DNA from: a virus
DNA length: 56,517 nucleotides
Direction: 5' to 3' (one strand)
IMG/VR virus record: IMGVR_UViG_3300033150_002389
The notes under the pieces were generated by a model, which searched no databases, was not told the DNA's origin, and saw nothing but the letters and a program-made list of their open reading frames with translations. The first letter of the stretch is position 1; every line of letters begins with the position of its first letter. Shown in pieces: positions 37,201 through 44,928 of this stretch. A program made the position numbers and the translations under genes.

Positions 37201-40200
37201 TCCGCACGCTTGGGGAAATATGGAAGAACCGCAAAGCTGGGTGGAAAGCTCAAAAGCCAGATACCACGGTCCTCGACCGCCTCATATCAGTGCCGGCACA
37301 TCACTTTGAGAAGGTCCCCGCTTTAAGGAGAATGTACGAGGCGGCTCTTGCCAGGCCCGACACCTACTATGAGTACCTGAATCTCCTAACCAAGAACAGT
37401 AAAGGTGAATACCTTACCAAAAAGCTGGAGGACTTCAGAAAGCGCCACAAACAGGACTACGCTAAGGTCAAGGCGTACCTAGTCAACCGCGACCGCAACC
37501 AAATAGGGTACAGGGTTGAGAAAGACGAGGGTAGCGACCTATGGAAGCTCAGGAAACCAAACGGCCAGTTAGTGGGCAGTTATGACTCTGAGGCCAAGGC
37601 ATGGGGCGCTGCCGTTCAAATGGAGGCTCAGGACCTTAGAAAGCGCGGCTTTCCCGACCAAGCCGTTGACGCGGTGGTGTCCTTCCGGCTAATCATGCAT
37701 AAAGGCTTTAATATCCTGTCAGCTTCGATGCGCGAAATTATCAGCCAATATGAGGAGTCGGGTACGGCACTACCCTCAGTAGCGGTCAGGCTGGACAACA
37801 AAAGGGTAGAAGTTGACCTCAAAACCGCCCTAGCCATGATGGGGGATATGCGAGGTTACTACTTCCCGCGCATAAGAAGGCCCGGGCGATTCGTGCTGTA
37901 CGCCGAAAAGAAGGGCGAAAACCCGATCATGGAATTCTTTGACACCAAAACGCTTCTTGCCAAGCGGCACACAGAACTCCAAAGGAAAGGGTACACCGTC
38001 ACGAAGGATCTCTCCCCCAAGATGCCGGAAGACGTCTTCGAAATGGCAGGCCAGGTCATTGCCATGCAGGCGCAGATCAATCAGGCCCTTGAGCGTATAC
38101 ATGCGCGCGGACTATCTTTAGAGGACTTTAACCTCCAGTGGACCGACAGGATGGTAAGGCCAGGGCTCAGGGACTTCGTTATCACCGGACCGACATCCAA
38201 GAGGATGACACGGGTCTTTAAGGAGCTGGGCGGAAAGTTCTATTCAGCGTATGAAGGGGAGCCGAGGGCCTGGCATTTCTACAACCCTGGCCCGAATTTC
38301 GACAAAAAGGTCGCAAAGGCGCTGGCCAACTCAGTTGGCATAGTTGACCAAGAGGTGCAGGTACTGTTCGCAAAAGCCATGGCCGAGCAAGTGGCCAACA
38401 TCATAAAGGGTCGTGGGCACCGTGCCCACATGATCCAGCGCCAAATGGCCAAGGGCAAGGATGTCTGGATCGGTTATGAGGAGGACCCGGCTATTGCCGC
38501 GGCGAAATATGCGTCGGGGTTGGCCGCAGGGGAGGCTAAAAGGATCGCAGCGCTTGACATGGTTCGAGCGTTCACTGGCACAGACATTACCTGGCAGCAG
38601 TACAAGACCCTTGAGGGCGAGGACGCCACGTATGAGGAGTGGCTCAACATGGTGGAGGACCGGCGGGTCAACCCCACGAAACAGCCCAATGCCTTCAGGG
38701 AAGGCAAAGCGTACCTGCAGGACGTGCTCAGGAACGAAGAGTGGATTGACCGGTTCGTGGGCACAGTCAAGGGCGTGGCGGTGCTGAAATATCTAGGCGG
38801 CCGCATCAGCGCCCCCTTGGTGAACCTCACTGCCATGGTAACGTCAGTCCCGGCAGCTATGGAAGGTATCGCTGGGATCCCGATACACAAGACCTTCCGT
38901 CTCATCGGCAACGCCTCCAGGCTTTACGGCCACTATAAATTCGGTGACAAGGATAAATTACCGCAGCACGTCAAGGACCTTTTTGAGGAGATCGAACAGA
39001 AAGGCTGGCACAAGTCGCAATACAATCGCGAAGCGCTGTCAGTTCTTGAGAGCAAGCTAGGCCGAGGGTGGAACAGGGCAATCGAATGGGCCATGCTCGG
39101 CTTCGGGGCTACCGAGCAACTCAACAGGGTTTCGACAATTGCAGGCACTTACCTTGGATTGAAGCTCCAAACACCCCAAGGGAGCTTTAACCACGACGAA
39201 GCCCTGCGCATTGCAAAGGAGGTCTCAGACAAGGCTCACGGAGTTTACGGAAAGGCGAATATCCCATACCTCGCTAGGGGCGCCAATCCTGCCGCGCAAA
39301 TTGCCAGAATGTTTTACGTATTCCGGACCTTTTCGCACAACTACCTTCTGACCATGAAGCGAGTGTGGGGTCCCGGCTGGAAGCCCGAGCACGCAAAGGC
39401 TTTTTCGTGGATGCTCCTGAGTCCAGCCGTGCTGGCCGGGACTGGGGCGACTGTCTCTACGCCTATCATAACGGCAATCGCTCAAGCCCTGGGCATAGGC
39501 GGAGAAGACCCAGAGGAAAAATTTTACGACTGGTTGAACCGGAATTTTGGCGAATACGCTGAGCGATTCGGCAGGTTCGGCGCTTTCGGTCTCGCAGGCG
39601 TATCCCTTAAGGGTTCGCTTCAGATCGGAATTACCGACATCCCAACGACGATACCCGAAATCCTTGGCGCTCCTGGAAGCGTCATATCTGAAACATTCTA
39701 CCGCGGTCCACAAAGCATTTTGCGTGGCGACGTCCTAAAGGGCATCGAAAATGAACTACCGCTCTTCATGGCCGGAATAGTAAAGGCATATAGAGAGACC
39801 ACAGAGGGGGTGACCACCAGAAACAATGCACCCGTCTTCTGGGGCAATGAACCGCTCCTCCCGGAGACGATTGATGCACTTTACAGAGCTCTCTCCTTTA
39901 ATCCCGCAAGGATCGCGGGGATTAGGGAGAAGCAATGGAAGGAGAGGCGCATTGAACAGAAATATCGAGAAATGAGGACGGATATCTACGCCAAGATCAA
40001 GCGCTTTTACCTGCGTCCCCTATCTGAACGGTCCAAGGCGGATTGGTTGGATATCATCGCTGAAATTCAAGATTACAACGAAGCGGTAAGGGCGCACGGG
40101 CTTGAGCGCCTCGCACCCCTCATCACCCGGAAATCCATACGAAACAATATCAGGCGGGCATTCCGGCCCCCAAAAAGGGAACGCCTAAGGCAGGCGATGC

Positions 40201-40205
40201 CATAA
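31245..40205 (+). CDS. giant polyvalent ejection protein (about 2986 aa) with pyrophosphatase-like, JAB/MPN and zincin HExxH domains
   Basis: TTG start with GAGGAG 8 nt upstream; DGDQVDVFIG (PPase signature-like), LVHNHPTGDPKPGKEDYQIT (JAB), HEYMH (zincin); C-terminal hydrophobic segments. Confidence 0.6.
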   Translation: MPNLNALIQSAEREAQAVTGVKANALTTAASPSTEEKDYQNYLLQYAVTNPENPAHHYDYRSAYRAGVKPIMWDDLPKEVKEEDIQQAITGERTGRPMSREEAIQFYSGHYMWPDQFKLPGHPVPPKKEAINALIAQAAEEAQATLQGTETEYHPWGAAKMTVYDALSGLSALPRTIGMGETARNVAEFYDKRAEADPDIREFKKASEQGRESIWTEALGSAGPTAMALGMRFIPYVGFPLAASYFWHLNKDEVKDLALAKGADEKTAERISWIGGTVNSALDVLGLEAIAGKMPFLRGPVKSVKHRLVGAAVRLMASTGGEGLTEGMQEVVGELSSEYAASKDVREFLDRVSQKQWWDKALAKAEKSLKVGSMMGAVFGGAASVAETRLQKRLKPEKATKPLEAPKDLSELIEEAEKEYTEILQQEVPRDRKEEERILRRERAQRQGRKEEEARRPVPHEGRGRGEAGAGGVFQGPQPTRPTEEAVRVEEEYQKGDRVETPEGAGEVLRVAPAETSGEEKLTVKLDEGETVEVSPAEEKVEKPSPPPEEVDEAAQEAEPAPTEAQKEAGNYKKGHINIQGMDISIENPKGSIREGVDKQGKKWKSKVAAHYGYIRRTEGKDGDQVDVFIGPRPETNRVFVIDQVDPETGLFDEHKAMVGFPTKKMAKTAYLRSYTKDWKGLGAITEMTVNQFKDWIRTGDSSAPLGLKEKRKVAKDATRGAAGNLLIKTSDQTIYESRQPVHALMLGEFGVKPEDVIDTGLIDKTGKEMWAGSKEIKPLTEEVAAAVREQRKREQQKKRAQRAAKAKTFRQWVALTGGINPQDKTWRGEIRDMRYTMNAAGKKVPAPGWPVGIWNRKARGVDERTHDAIEAGWLPTAATEDDFMQALEQNITTKITKAGAQEDVDTVVKEEEDKLEQEYERELARLKVKIKEEWDAGGQEYTPADLEGAARELEAYLAANERDEIKAASIEELEEIWRLFDEAVKPEPPVVEQALDEAWKEISQEDQDWLDKELGLKPAEEKQAERPPARKSPPESKSIDDAIGWVHAVQQSVWDPTEKKWHYTPREKIIRAIEKAKKAGARVERLPGTGRESAETWKLYDDEKGLVYVLQREPNGRTTWTSRRIPPSASKKSYEDIVKQLEAKGFYGTIDRLKRGLITLDEAHKELLGARLKIKVVPLNPEEFAAELKAKGVGRQESWSHWIRKTGLKPGMDAKDWYKIYDSVTLSKLEAAQKPKEVEKAQPREKAARPALELKPTEPTPQERVELLRAKGEIEKPIKAYREGDREIIKLPDGRKLIRGRDSEGRIYYEVEGSWEGLKELGFDPETFTIDQAKAARVFQQYLKPKAAIPKEKVKPPTTGKQKSLLAPEKGETLDIFERGVDKIGESGAQYIYAPTTPQEQYSLFDFKPAERQEDRKVPPRRRVRVSTTGRIRAAGELVSGPEDVAALLAFLRKSPQEFLYTVTTDKEGGILEIHKYAKGHSAGAIANPVELAGRILNIPGASEAYLVHNHPTGDPKPGKEDYQITSSVRSLLEAGDVELTSLILGGTEYVEMRPGEVAETTRKIRPRIRKISLPVKERSLLLGGAPQTRIVDSEDALKALKEQFNNDDGVMLLDRKNRVLAFVPFIKGRSMKQTTADVLRIAEATNASGMIVNNSVLTQARSDYVNALWNGIEGLTIVDVFWEAQSWASRQGRGKGPTKYATLLSETKLALRGEQPYRLSPRQFRNIKRTAKLVHSWLEKAGAPPEVLERIDVELKPIISLSGKNIAKSVKEWQEQGMGIRQIFGATTFDDYRAIMELALSLQNLKGLERTTYHEYMHVAQRWLLTKSDAEHLIKYFGSEEAAADAFAEFMVNRSSLKDKPNMIRAIMMRLRRYLQIIRNGLKGQGFTRPEDIWGKMVTGQYVPHFGAPEIEETTTAFSLAEPPGKEAEVEPRIVPTKHFSGTFDDWNRHVIETWEKYGGRKGTFQAEEKKYEQGFSRGSLGPLRTLGEIWKNRKAGWKAQKPDTTVLDRLISVPAHHFEKVPALRRMYEAALARPDTYYEYLNLLTKNSKGEYLTKKLEDFRKRHKQDYAKVKAYLVNRDRNQIGYRVEKDEGSDLWKLRKPNGQLVGSYDSEAKAWGAAVQMEAQDLRKRGFPDQAVDAVVSFRLIMHKGFNILSASMREIISQYEESGTALPSVAVRLDNKRVEVDLKTALAMMGDMRGYYFPRIRRPGRFVLYAEKKGENPIMEFFDTKTLLAKRHTELQRKGYTVTKDLSPKMPEDVFEMAGQVIAMQAQINQALERIHARGLSLEDFNLQWTDRMVRPGLRDFVITGPTSKRMTRVFKELGGKFYSAYEGEPRAWHFYNPGPNFDKKVAKALANSVGIVDQEVQVLFAKAMAEQVANIIKGRGHRAHMIQRQMAKGKDVWIGYEEDPAIAAAKYASGLAAGEAKRIAALDMVRAFTGTDITWQQYKTLEGEDATYEEWLNMVEDRRVNPTKQPNAFREGKAYLQDVLRNEEWIDRFVGTVKGVAVLKYLGGRISAPLVNLTAMVTSVPAAMEGIAGIPIHKTFRLIGNASRLYGHYKFGDKDKLPQHVKDLFEEIEQKGWHKSQYNREALSVLESKLGRGWNRAIEWAMLGFGATEQLNRVSTIAGTYLGLKLQTPQGSFNHDEALRIAKEVSDKAHGVYGKANIPYLARGANPAAQIARMFYVFRTFSHNYLLTMKRVWGPGWKPEHAKAFSWMLLSPAVLAGTGATVSTPIITAIAQALGIGGEDPEEKFYDWLNRNFGEYAERFGRFGAFGLAGVSLKGSLQIGITDIPTTIPEILGAPGSVISETFYRGPQSILRGDVLKGIENELPLFMAGIVKAYRETTEGVTTRNNAPVFWGNEPLLPETIDALYRALSFNPARIAGIREKQWKERRIEQKYREMRTDIYAKIKRFYLRPLSERSKADWLDIIAEIQDYNEAVRAHGLERLAPLITRKSIRNNIRRAFRPPKRERLRQAMP
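32533..32742 (+). CDS. embedded +1-frame ORF, 69-aa basic protein
   Basis: GTG with AGGAGG 6 nt upstream; GC3-rich codons in this frame while the host frame is low complexity with A-ending codons. Confidence 0.4.
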   Translation: MIVKRKKGYYVVSEHKGKDGKRRRLGGPYPTREEAEERLEQVEYFKARSRHAQRKKRSASRRNIRKETE

Positions 40206-40248
40206 GATGCCATAAAACGCCATAAACTGCCACGACTTGCCATACTTT
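40199..40248. repeat. five tandem 10-bp repeats (consensus GCCATAAnnT) overlapping the stop codon of the giant gene
   Basis: gccataagat gccataaaac gccataaact gccacgactt gccatacttt read directly. Confidence 0.55.
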
Positions 40249-40259
40249 GCGATGACCGA

Positions 40260-40288
40260 GGCGGCGCTTCAGCGCCGCCTGTTTTTTT
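40260..40288 (+). terminator. rho-independent terminator
   Basis: GGCGGCGC-ttca-GCGCCGCC stem followed by seven T. Confidence 0.7.
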
Positions 40289-40307
40289 ACCAAAAAGGAG
40301 ATTTGTC

Positions 40308-42875
40308 ATGAAATCCAGGCACTTAAAAATCGTTTTTCAGGCGCTTCTGATTATCTTTATGCTTCTCGCCCACCTTTCTTGGGCGGGAACCCTCATGTCC
40401 AATCCCAAGTTTCAAGCGTTCGACTCTTCCGGTGTACCCCTTGCCGGAGGAAAGCTCTACAGCTATCTCCCGGGTACCACGACAAGCAAGGCTACATACT
40501 CTGACCGCAACCTTTCGACGCCCAACACCAATCCTGTCATTTTGGATAGTCGCGGTGAGGCGACGATCTATGGGTCCGGGCTTTACAAGCTTGTCCTTAA
40601 AGATTCGTCCGATGTCACTATCTGGACCATGGATAACGTGGAATTCGTGGGGGGAGGGGGATCTTACAATCTCTATCCTAACCCCTCGGAAAGTGACCAT
40701 GGCGCTGCTGGAAACGGATCGTCACTTTACGACCTCCTTACGGCACTAGGCACCAGCAAAAAAGCGACCGTGGCGTTCACCCATAACGGCTCCTCGAACA
40801 CCACCACCTACACGGTCAACACCACCTACGACATTTCTTCCTACACCAACGTAACGTTTCAATTCGAAAACGGTGCCCTCCTCTCTCCTGCTGCTGGAGT
40901 GACGGTAACGATTTATTCGCCGGAGAATATTAATGCGCCGGCAACACAACAGATTTTTGATGGTGATGGATCAATCGCCTATTCTGTTCCAGGGCACATA
41001 TATACCGGCTGGTACGGGTCTGACACTGATGCTTATCAAGATGCTTTTGGCAACGCAAATTGCCATATCACCTGCACTCATGATGTCAGCCTTACAGATA
41101 AAATTACAATACAAGATGGTCAGTGGATTGACTTTCTCCCAGGTGTGGTACTAACTCAGACCGGCACAGATAAAAATACTTTTTATGCTTCTTCAAAAAA
41201 TAATATCACCATTGATGGCCGAGGCGGAAAACTGGTTGGCAGATTGGTTACAGAGCAGCTTACAGACAGAGGATTAATCCATTTTGATGGTTGCACAGAT
41301 GTCAGAGTAACTGATCTTGAGGTAATGACCGGCTTTGATTTGGTTTGGATTGCTAATTCGGATCGTGTATGGGTAGAGAGAAACGAGCTGCATAACTACC
41401 AGCGTGTTGCACTGAATGGCACGAGCAATACAAAATTTCATTTTGATAAAAATACTATTTACGACAATCAGGAAACAGGGAAGCAGAATTGTTATGCTAT
41501 CCAAGCAACAGGTGATAATGATGGCGGCAGCCCGCTTGAATATTCCTCAATCAATTTTAACAAGATAACAGGTCCTCGGGCCTGGGATGGCATTATGTCT
41601 CATGACTGTGACGATCTTGAGATTATAGGCAATGTCATAAAAGATGTTCGCCAGGGGATTGATGTTGGGCTGGCAGGCAGCACAAATATAGTTAAGAATG
41701 TAAGGATCATTGGAAATTATCTTGAAGGCACCTCAACGGATACTTGGTCTGGCACAGGTGCTAATAATTCCGGCATTCAAATCTCTGGTCAACCTGTGGC
41801 AGGCGATTGGACAGATTTTGATGCTATTTCAGATGTAGTAGTGTCAGACAATATCATTACTGGCTTCAATAAGCACACAACATCCGCTGGAAATGCAGGG
41901 ATTTTTGCTCAATATATCAGAAATTTCTCGCTTACAGGAAATGTGATTTACGGCTTGGAAGATAATTGGACTCATGGTGCTGGGATTGTATTAGTTGGTG
42001 CGACGGTTTCTGGGACAATTTCAGGAAACACTATCACAGCTAAATCAGGCGAAACAGGTCCTATGAATCAGGGAATTCGTCTGTATAACCTTGATCTATG
42101 TTACGGTGTTACAGTTGTTGGCAATACAATTGCCGATGAATCAGGCAATATGGATTATGCTATTCGGGTAACAGGTTCAAATTTTATAGATGCAGTAGTT
42201 GAAAAGAATAACTTTTACGGTTTTACCACACCTTACAATTTTGGAGCCACTGGAAACAAAGGCCCTCTGCCATTTTGTGATGTAGGCTATTGGAATGGTA
42301 ATGCTTGGGCTAATCCCGTTACCTATTTAGGCGCGAAGATGCGTTATTATACTGCTACTGATAAAGTTGACACTGGGGGGTTGGTTCTTAGAAAGCGTAT
42401 AGAAGATACAATTGCCTCAGTGGACGACACTGATACGATTACTATAAATGGATCAACATCTAATATGGCAGTTGGAGACGTAATTCACATTTTCAAAGAT
42501 ACAGATGAGTCTAGTCCTTATGTTCATAGTACTACAATCGCAACGATTGTCGATGCTGATACTATAGACATTACAGGTGCACTTGGAGCAACAACGGAGG
42601 TCTCAGCGGGGAATAAAATCTACGTTGTAGAATGGGAAAAGCCGTATGCATCAGGGACGGGGACAATTGCCAGTGGAACAACAAGCAAGGTTATTACTCA
42701 TGGATTAGGATTTACCCCCGACCCACAAGATATAACCATTACTCTAATAGAAAATCCTACAAATACCCCAGGGGCAATCTGGGTAGATAGTATTGGCGAT
42801 ACAACTTTTACGGTAAACTGTGAGAATGACCCTGGTGCATCAAATCTGGATTTTGCTTGGAAATATAGGAAATAA
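40308..42875 (+). CDS. tailspike / tail fiber with right-handed beta-helix (pectate-lyase-like) domain
   Basis: AAGGAG SD; conserved tail-fiber N-terminal motif ...GVPLAGGKLYSYLPGTTTSKATYSD...NTNPVILDSRGEA; beta-helix repeat motifs; AT-rich C-terminal two-thirds. Confidence 0.65.
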   Translation: MKSRHLKIVFQALLIIFMLLAHLSWAGTLMSNPKFQAFDSSGVPLAGGKLYSYLPGTTTSKATYSDRNLSTPNTNPVILDSRGEATIYGSGLYKLVLKDSSDVTIWTMDNVEFVGGGGSYNLYPNPSESDHGAAGNGSSLYDLLTALGTSKKATVAFTHNGSSNTTTYTVNTTYDISSYTNVTFQFENGALLSPAAGVTVTIYSPENINAPATQQIFDGDGSIAYSVPGHIYTGWYGSDTDAYQDAFGNANCHITCTHDVSLTDKITIQDGQWIDFLPGVVLTQTGTDKNTFYASSKNNITIDGRGGKLVGRLVTEQLTDRGLIHFDGCTDVRVTDLEVMTGFDLVWIANSDRVWVERNELHNYQRVALNGTSNTKFHFDKNTIYDNQETGKQNCYAIQATGDNDGGSPLEYSSINFNKITGPRAWDGIMSHDCDDLEIIGNVIKDVRQGIDVGLAGSTNIVKNVRIIGNYLEGTSTDTWSGTGANNSGIQISGQPVAGDWTDFDAISDVVVSDNIITGFNKHTTSAGNAGIFAQYIRNFSLTGNVIYGLEDNWTHGAGIVLVGATVSGTISGNTITAKSGETGPMNQGIRLYNLDLCYGVTVVGNTIADESGNMDYAIRVTGSNFIDAVVEKNNFYGFTTPYNFGATGNKGPLPFCDVGYWNGNAWANPVTYLGAKMRYYTATDKVDTGGLVLRKRIEDTIASVDDTDTITINGSTSNMAVGDVIHIFKDTDESSPYVHSTTIATIVDADTIDITGALGATTEVSAGNKIYVVEWEKPYASGTGTIASGTTSKVITHGLGFTPDPQDITITLIENPTNTPGAIWVDSIGDTTFTVNCENDPGASNLDFAWKYRK

Positions 42876-43127
42876 ACCGATTACCGTACTCAAACAAGAC
42901 AGTTATGGAAGCGGATGAGCATACCCAATGGATGGTGTAACTGAACAAATTCTATCATCATGTTCTATTAGTACGGAGATGGTAGCAAAGACATTCTTCC
43001 CAGAGCGCTTTCGTCTACCATTCGCCAAAGAGATTCATGGGAAGATTTTTAACCTCATTAAGTTGGGCTATGTTTTACCATCTTTTTGCCGCTAGGTGGG
43101 TAAGGTCCTGAAAGTATTACTCAGTCC

Positions 43128-43155
43128 GCTGGTTCAAATCCAGTCGTCCCGACCA
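43128..43155 (+). other. tRNA 3'-end-like sequence (T-arm GCTGG-TTCAAAT-CCAGT, acceptor 3' strand, CCA); attP core candidate
   Basis: T-loop and acceptor read directly; no matching 5' acceptor strand or anticodon arm upstream; 20 nt from the integrase stop. Confidence 0.45.
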
Positions 43156-43175
43156 GCGATTTGCAATAATATCGG

Positions 43176-44396
43176 TTAGTTATCGCTTTCGGAGTGCCTA
43201 AATTTCTTTGCCACTTTTTTGCCACCCCTAGCATCGGAATAGATGGCCCTGAGGTCGTCTCCTTCCTCCCAGTAGTAGCGGTCAAATGCCTTGGTAGTGC
43301 TCCTCATCGAGCCATAGCGGATCTCCTCCGGGGTGCGGTATTTTCTGAGAGCCCTGGTGGTTGAGTGGGTAGTGCCCCCGTAGAGGTCCACTCCCTGGAT
43401 TCCGAGCTTGGCACAGGCCCGCTTCCACCACTTGTAAAAATGTTTCTCGCCGAATTGCCTCCCATTCTTATGGCGGAAGAAATAGGCGTCAGGATCTATG
43501 CAAGGGGGTAGGGCCCCCAAGATCTCCACGTCTTCGTCAATGAGATACACGATTTTGGACCTATTCTCCTTGGGGTGCCGTATCAGGATCTCTCTTGCCT
43601 TCAGGTTGATGTCCCCTTCCCGGATATTGCGCCATTCCTCGGGCCGCACGTTAAAGTAGGTGGTCATCCATTTGATGCCCAGCCAGGTCTTGTAGGGGGC
43701 CCACCCCTTCAGCGTATCCAAGATACCGAATTGGTCTGCCTTCGTAACAGTCTTTCGCCGGCGAAGCTCAAACTGGACCTTCGGGAACTTGGGCATTACC
43801 GAGATCTCATCATTATCGTAAAGCCACTTGAAGAACTGCTTAAGTGTCTGAATATAATTGAATTTGCTCTTATTGCTGACGTTATACTGGGTGAGAAAAA
43901 ACTGGAAGTCTTTCAGGCGCAGGCGTTTTACGCTGACAGGGCCAAAAACTCGAATCGCCTTCCAAATATGGTCTTCAAGGGCCCGATAGGTGTTTGGGCT
44001 GATGCCGTCCGGCCTGATCTCCGCCTCTCGGAGGCGGAGCCACTCATTGGCTAGATTTTCAAACCCAAGGGGATTATCAGCCCGATATTCCCTGGGGTCG
44101 AACGTTCCCTCATCCTCCTTGAACCTGAGGCCAGTGAGGCATTTTTGAGCGGCCTCGTAGCTCCTGAAACGCCGTGTGACCCCCCTGAAGTAGATCCGAA
44201 ACCGCCTGCTGGCCCTTTGCTCTGGATGGTTCGGGCAGAAGAGTCCCCTCCGACCATCATCTTTAAACCTGCCCCCGCATAAGGGGCACTTTTCATCAGA
44301 ATAGATTCCCCCTTTCATGCAATCGCCCCCAACCCCAGATTTGGCTGATACGGGGCCGATCTTACGTTGGTAAGGGGTAGATGTCAAGGAGGCCAT
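43176..44396 (-). CDS. int: tyrosine recombinase / phage integrase
   Basis: C-terminal HSTTRAL (HxxR) and AFDRYY catalytic Tyr region; adjacent to tRNA-like att sequence. Confidence 0.7.
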   Translation of the reverse strand: MASLTSTPYQRKIGPVSAKSGVGGDCMKGGIYSDEKCPLCGGRFKDDGRRGLFCPNHPEQRASRRFRIYFRGVTRRFRSYEAAQKCLTGLRFKEDEGTFDPREYRADNPLGFENLANEWLRLREAEIRPDGISPNTYRALEDHIWKAIRVFGPVSVKRLRLKDFQFFLTQYNVSNKSKFNYIQTLKQFFKWLYDNDEISVMPKFPKVQFELRRRKTVTKADQFGILDTLKGWAPYKTWLGIKWMTTYFNVRPEEWRNIREGDINLKAREILIRHPKENRSKIVYLIDEDVEILGALPPCIDPDAYFFRHKNGRQFGEKHFYKWWKRACAKLGIQGVDLYGGTTHSTTRALRKYRTPEEIRYGSMRSTTKAFDRYYWEEGDDLRAIYSDARGGKKVAKKFRHSESDN

Positions 44397-44617
44397 AGAA
44401 AATCAAGTCTCGTTCAAAAATTGCCAACTGAGTTGGGGTAATTTTGGCCTACCTAAGATAGGCCGAGACGGAATCCTGAATTACTTTCGGGTTGCCACCC
44501 TTTTTCTTTCGACCAGGGTCTTTCCCAATGCGATATCGGTGCAAGGGACAACTTGTGCTTGGGCATTCAGTGACCGCCTTATAGGGCTTCCGGCCCTTGC
44601 CCGCTCCAATGCCCCGA

Positions 44618-44860
44618 TTATCGTTCGTCAGCGAACGACATGAATATCCACCGCTGACCACCGCATAGGAGAATCGAGGCGGAGGTCAAATTGCCATCCG
44701 GATCTGTGCCAATCTCCGGCTCACTAAACAGCGGGCACCAGTCTCCACATGGGACCAATTGCTCTGTTTGGTGGGGGCATAGTTGCTCCATCGCACGGGA
44801 ACCGTGCTTGGATGGCCTGTAAATAACAAGATGCCCTTGCTCATTAATCTCGCCGTTCAT
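44618..44860 (-). CDS. hypothetical small Cys-containing protein
   Basis: GGGAGAAAGGA SD upstream of ATG at 44860. Confidence 0.35.
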   Translation of the reverse strand: MNGEINEQGHLVIYRPSKHGSRAMEQLCPHQTEQLVPCGDWCPLFSEPEIGTDPDGNLTSASILLCGGQRWIFMSFADER

Positions 44861-44928
44861 TCCTTTCTCCCTTCTAAGCTCAACCGTCTAAGTATTTTTG
44901 GGCTGCCCTCACGAGGTCATATCTCAGC

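Noticed and set aside
40308-42875. Diversity-generating retroelement targeting the tail fibre
   Set aside because: No reverse transcriptase gene and no template-repeat copy of the tail-fibre 3' end anywhere in the window.
43081-43156. Complete tRNA gene upstream of the integrase
   Set aside because: Only the T-arm, acceptor 3' strand and CCA can be formed; no complementary 5' acceptor strand or anticodon stem exists in the preceding 50 nt, so it is called an att-site tRNA fragment.
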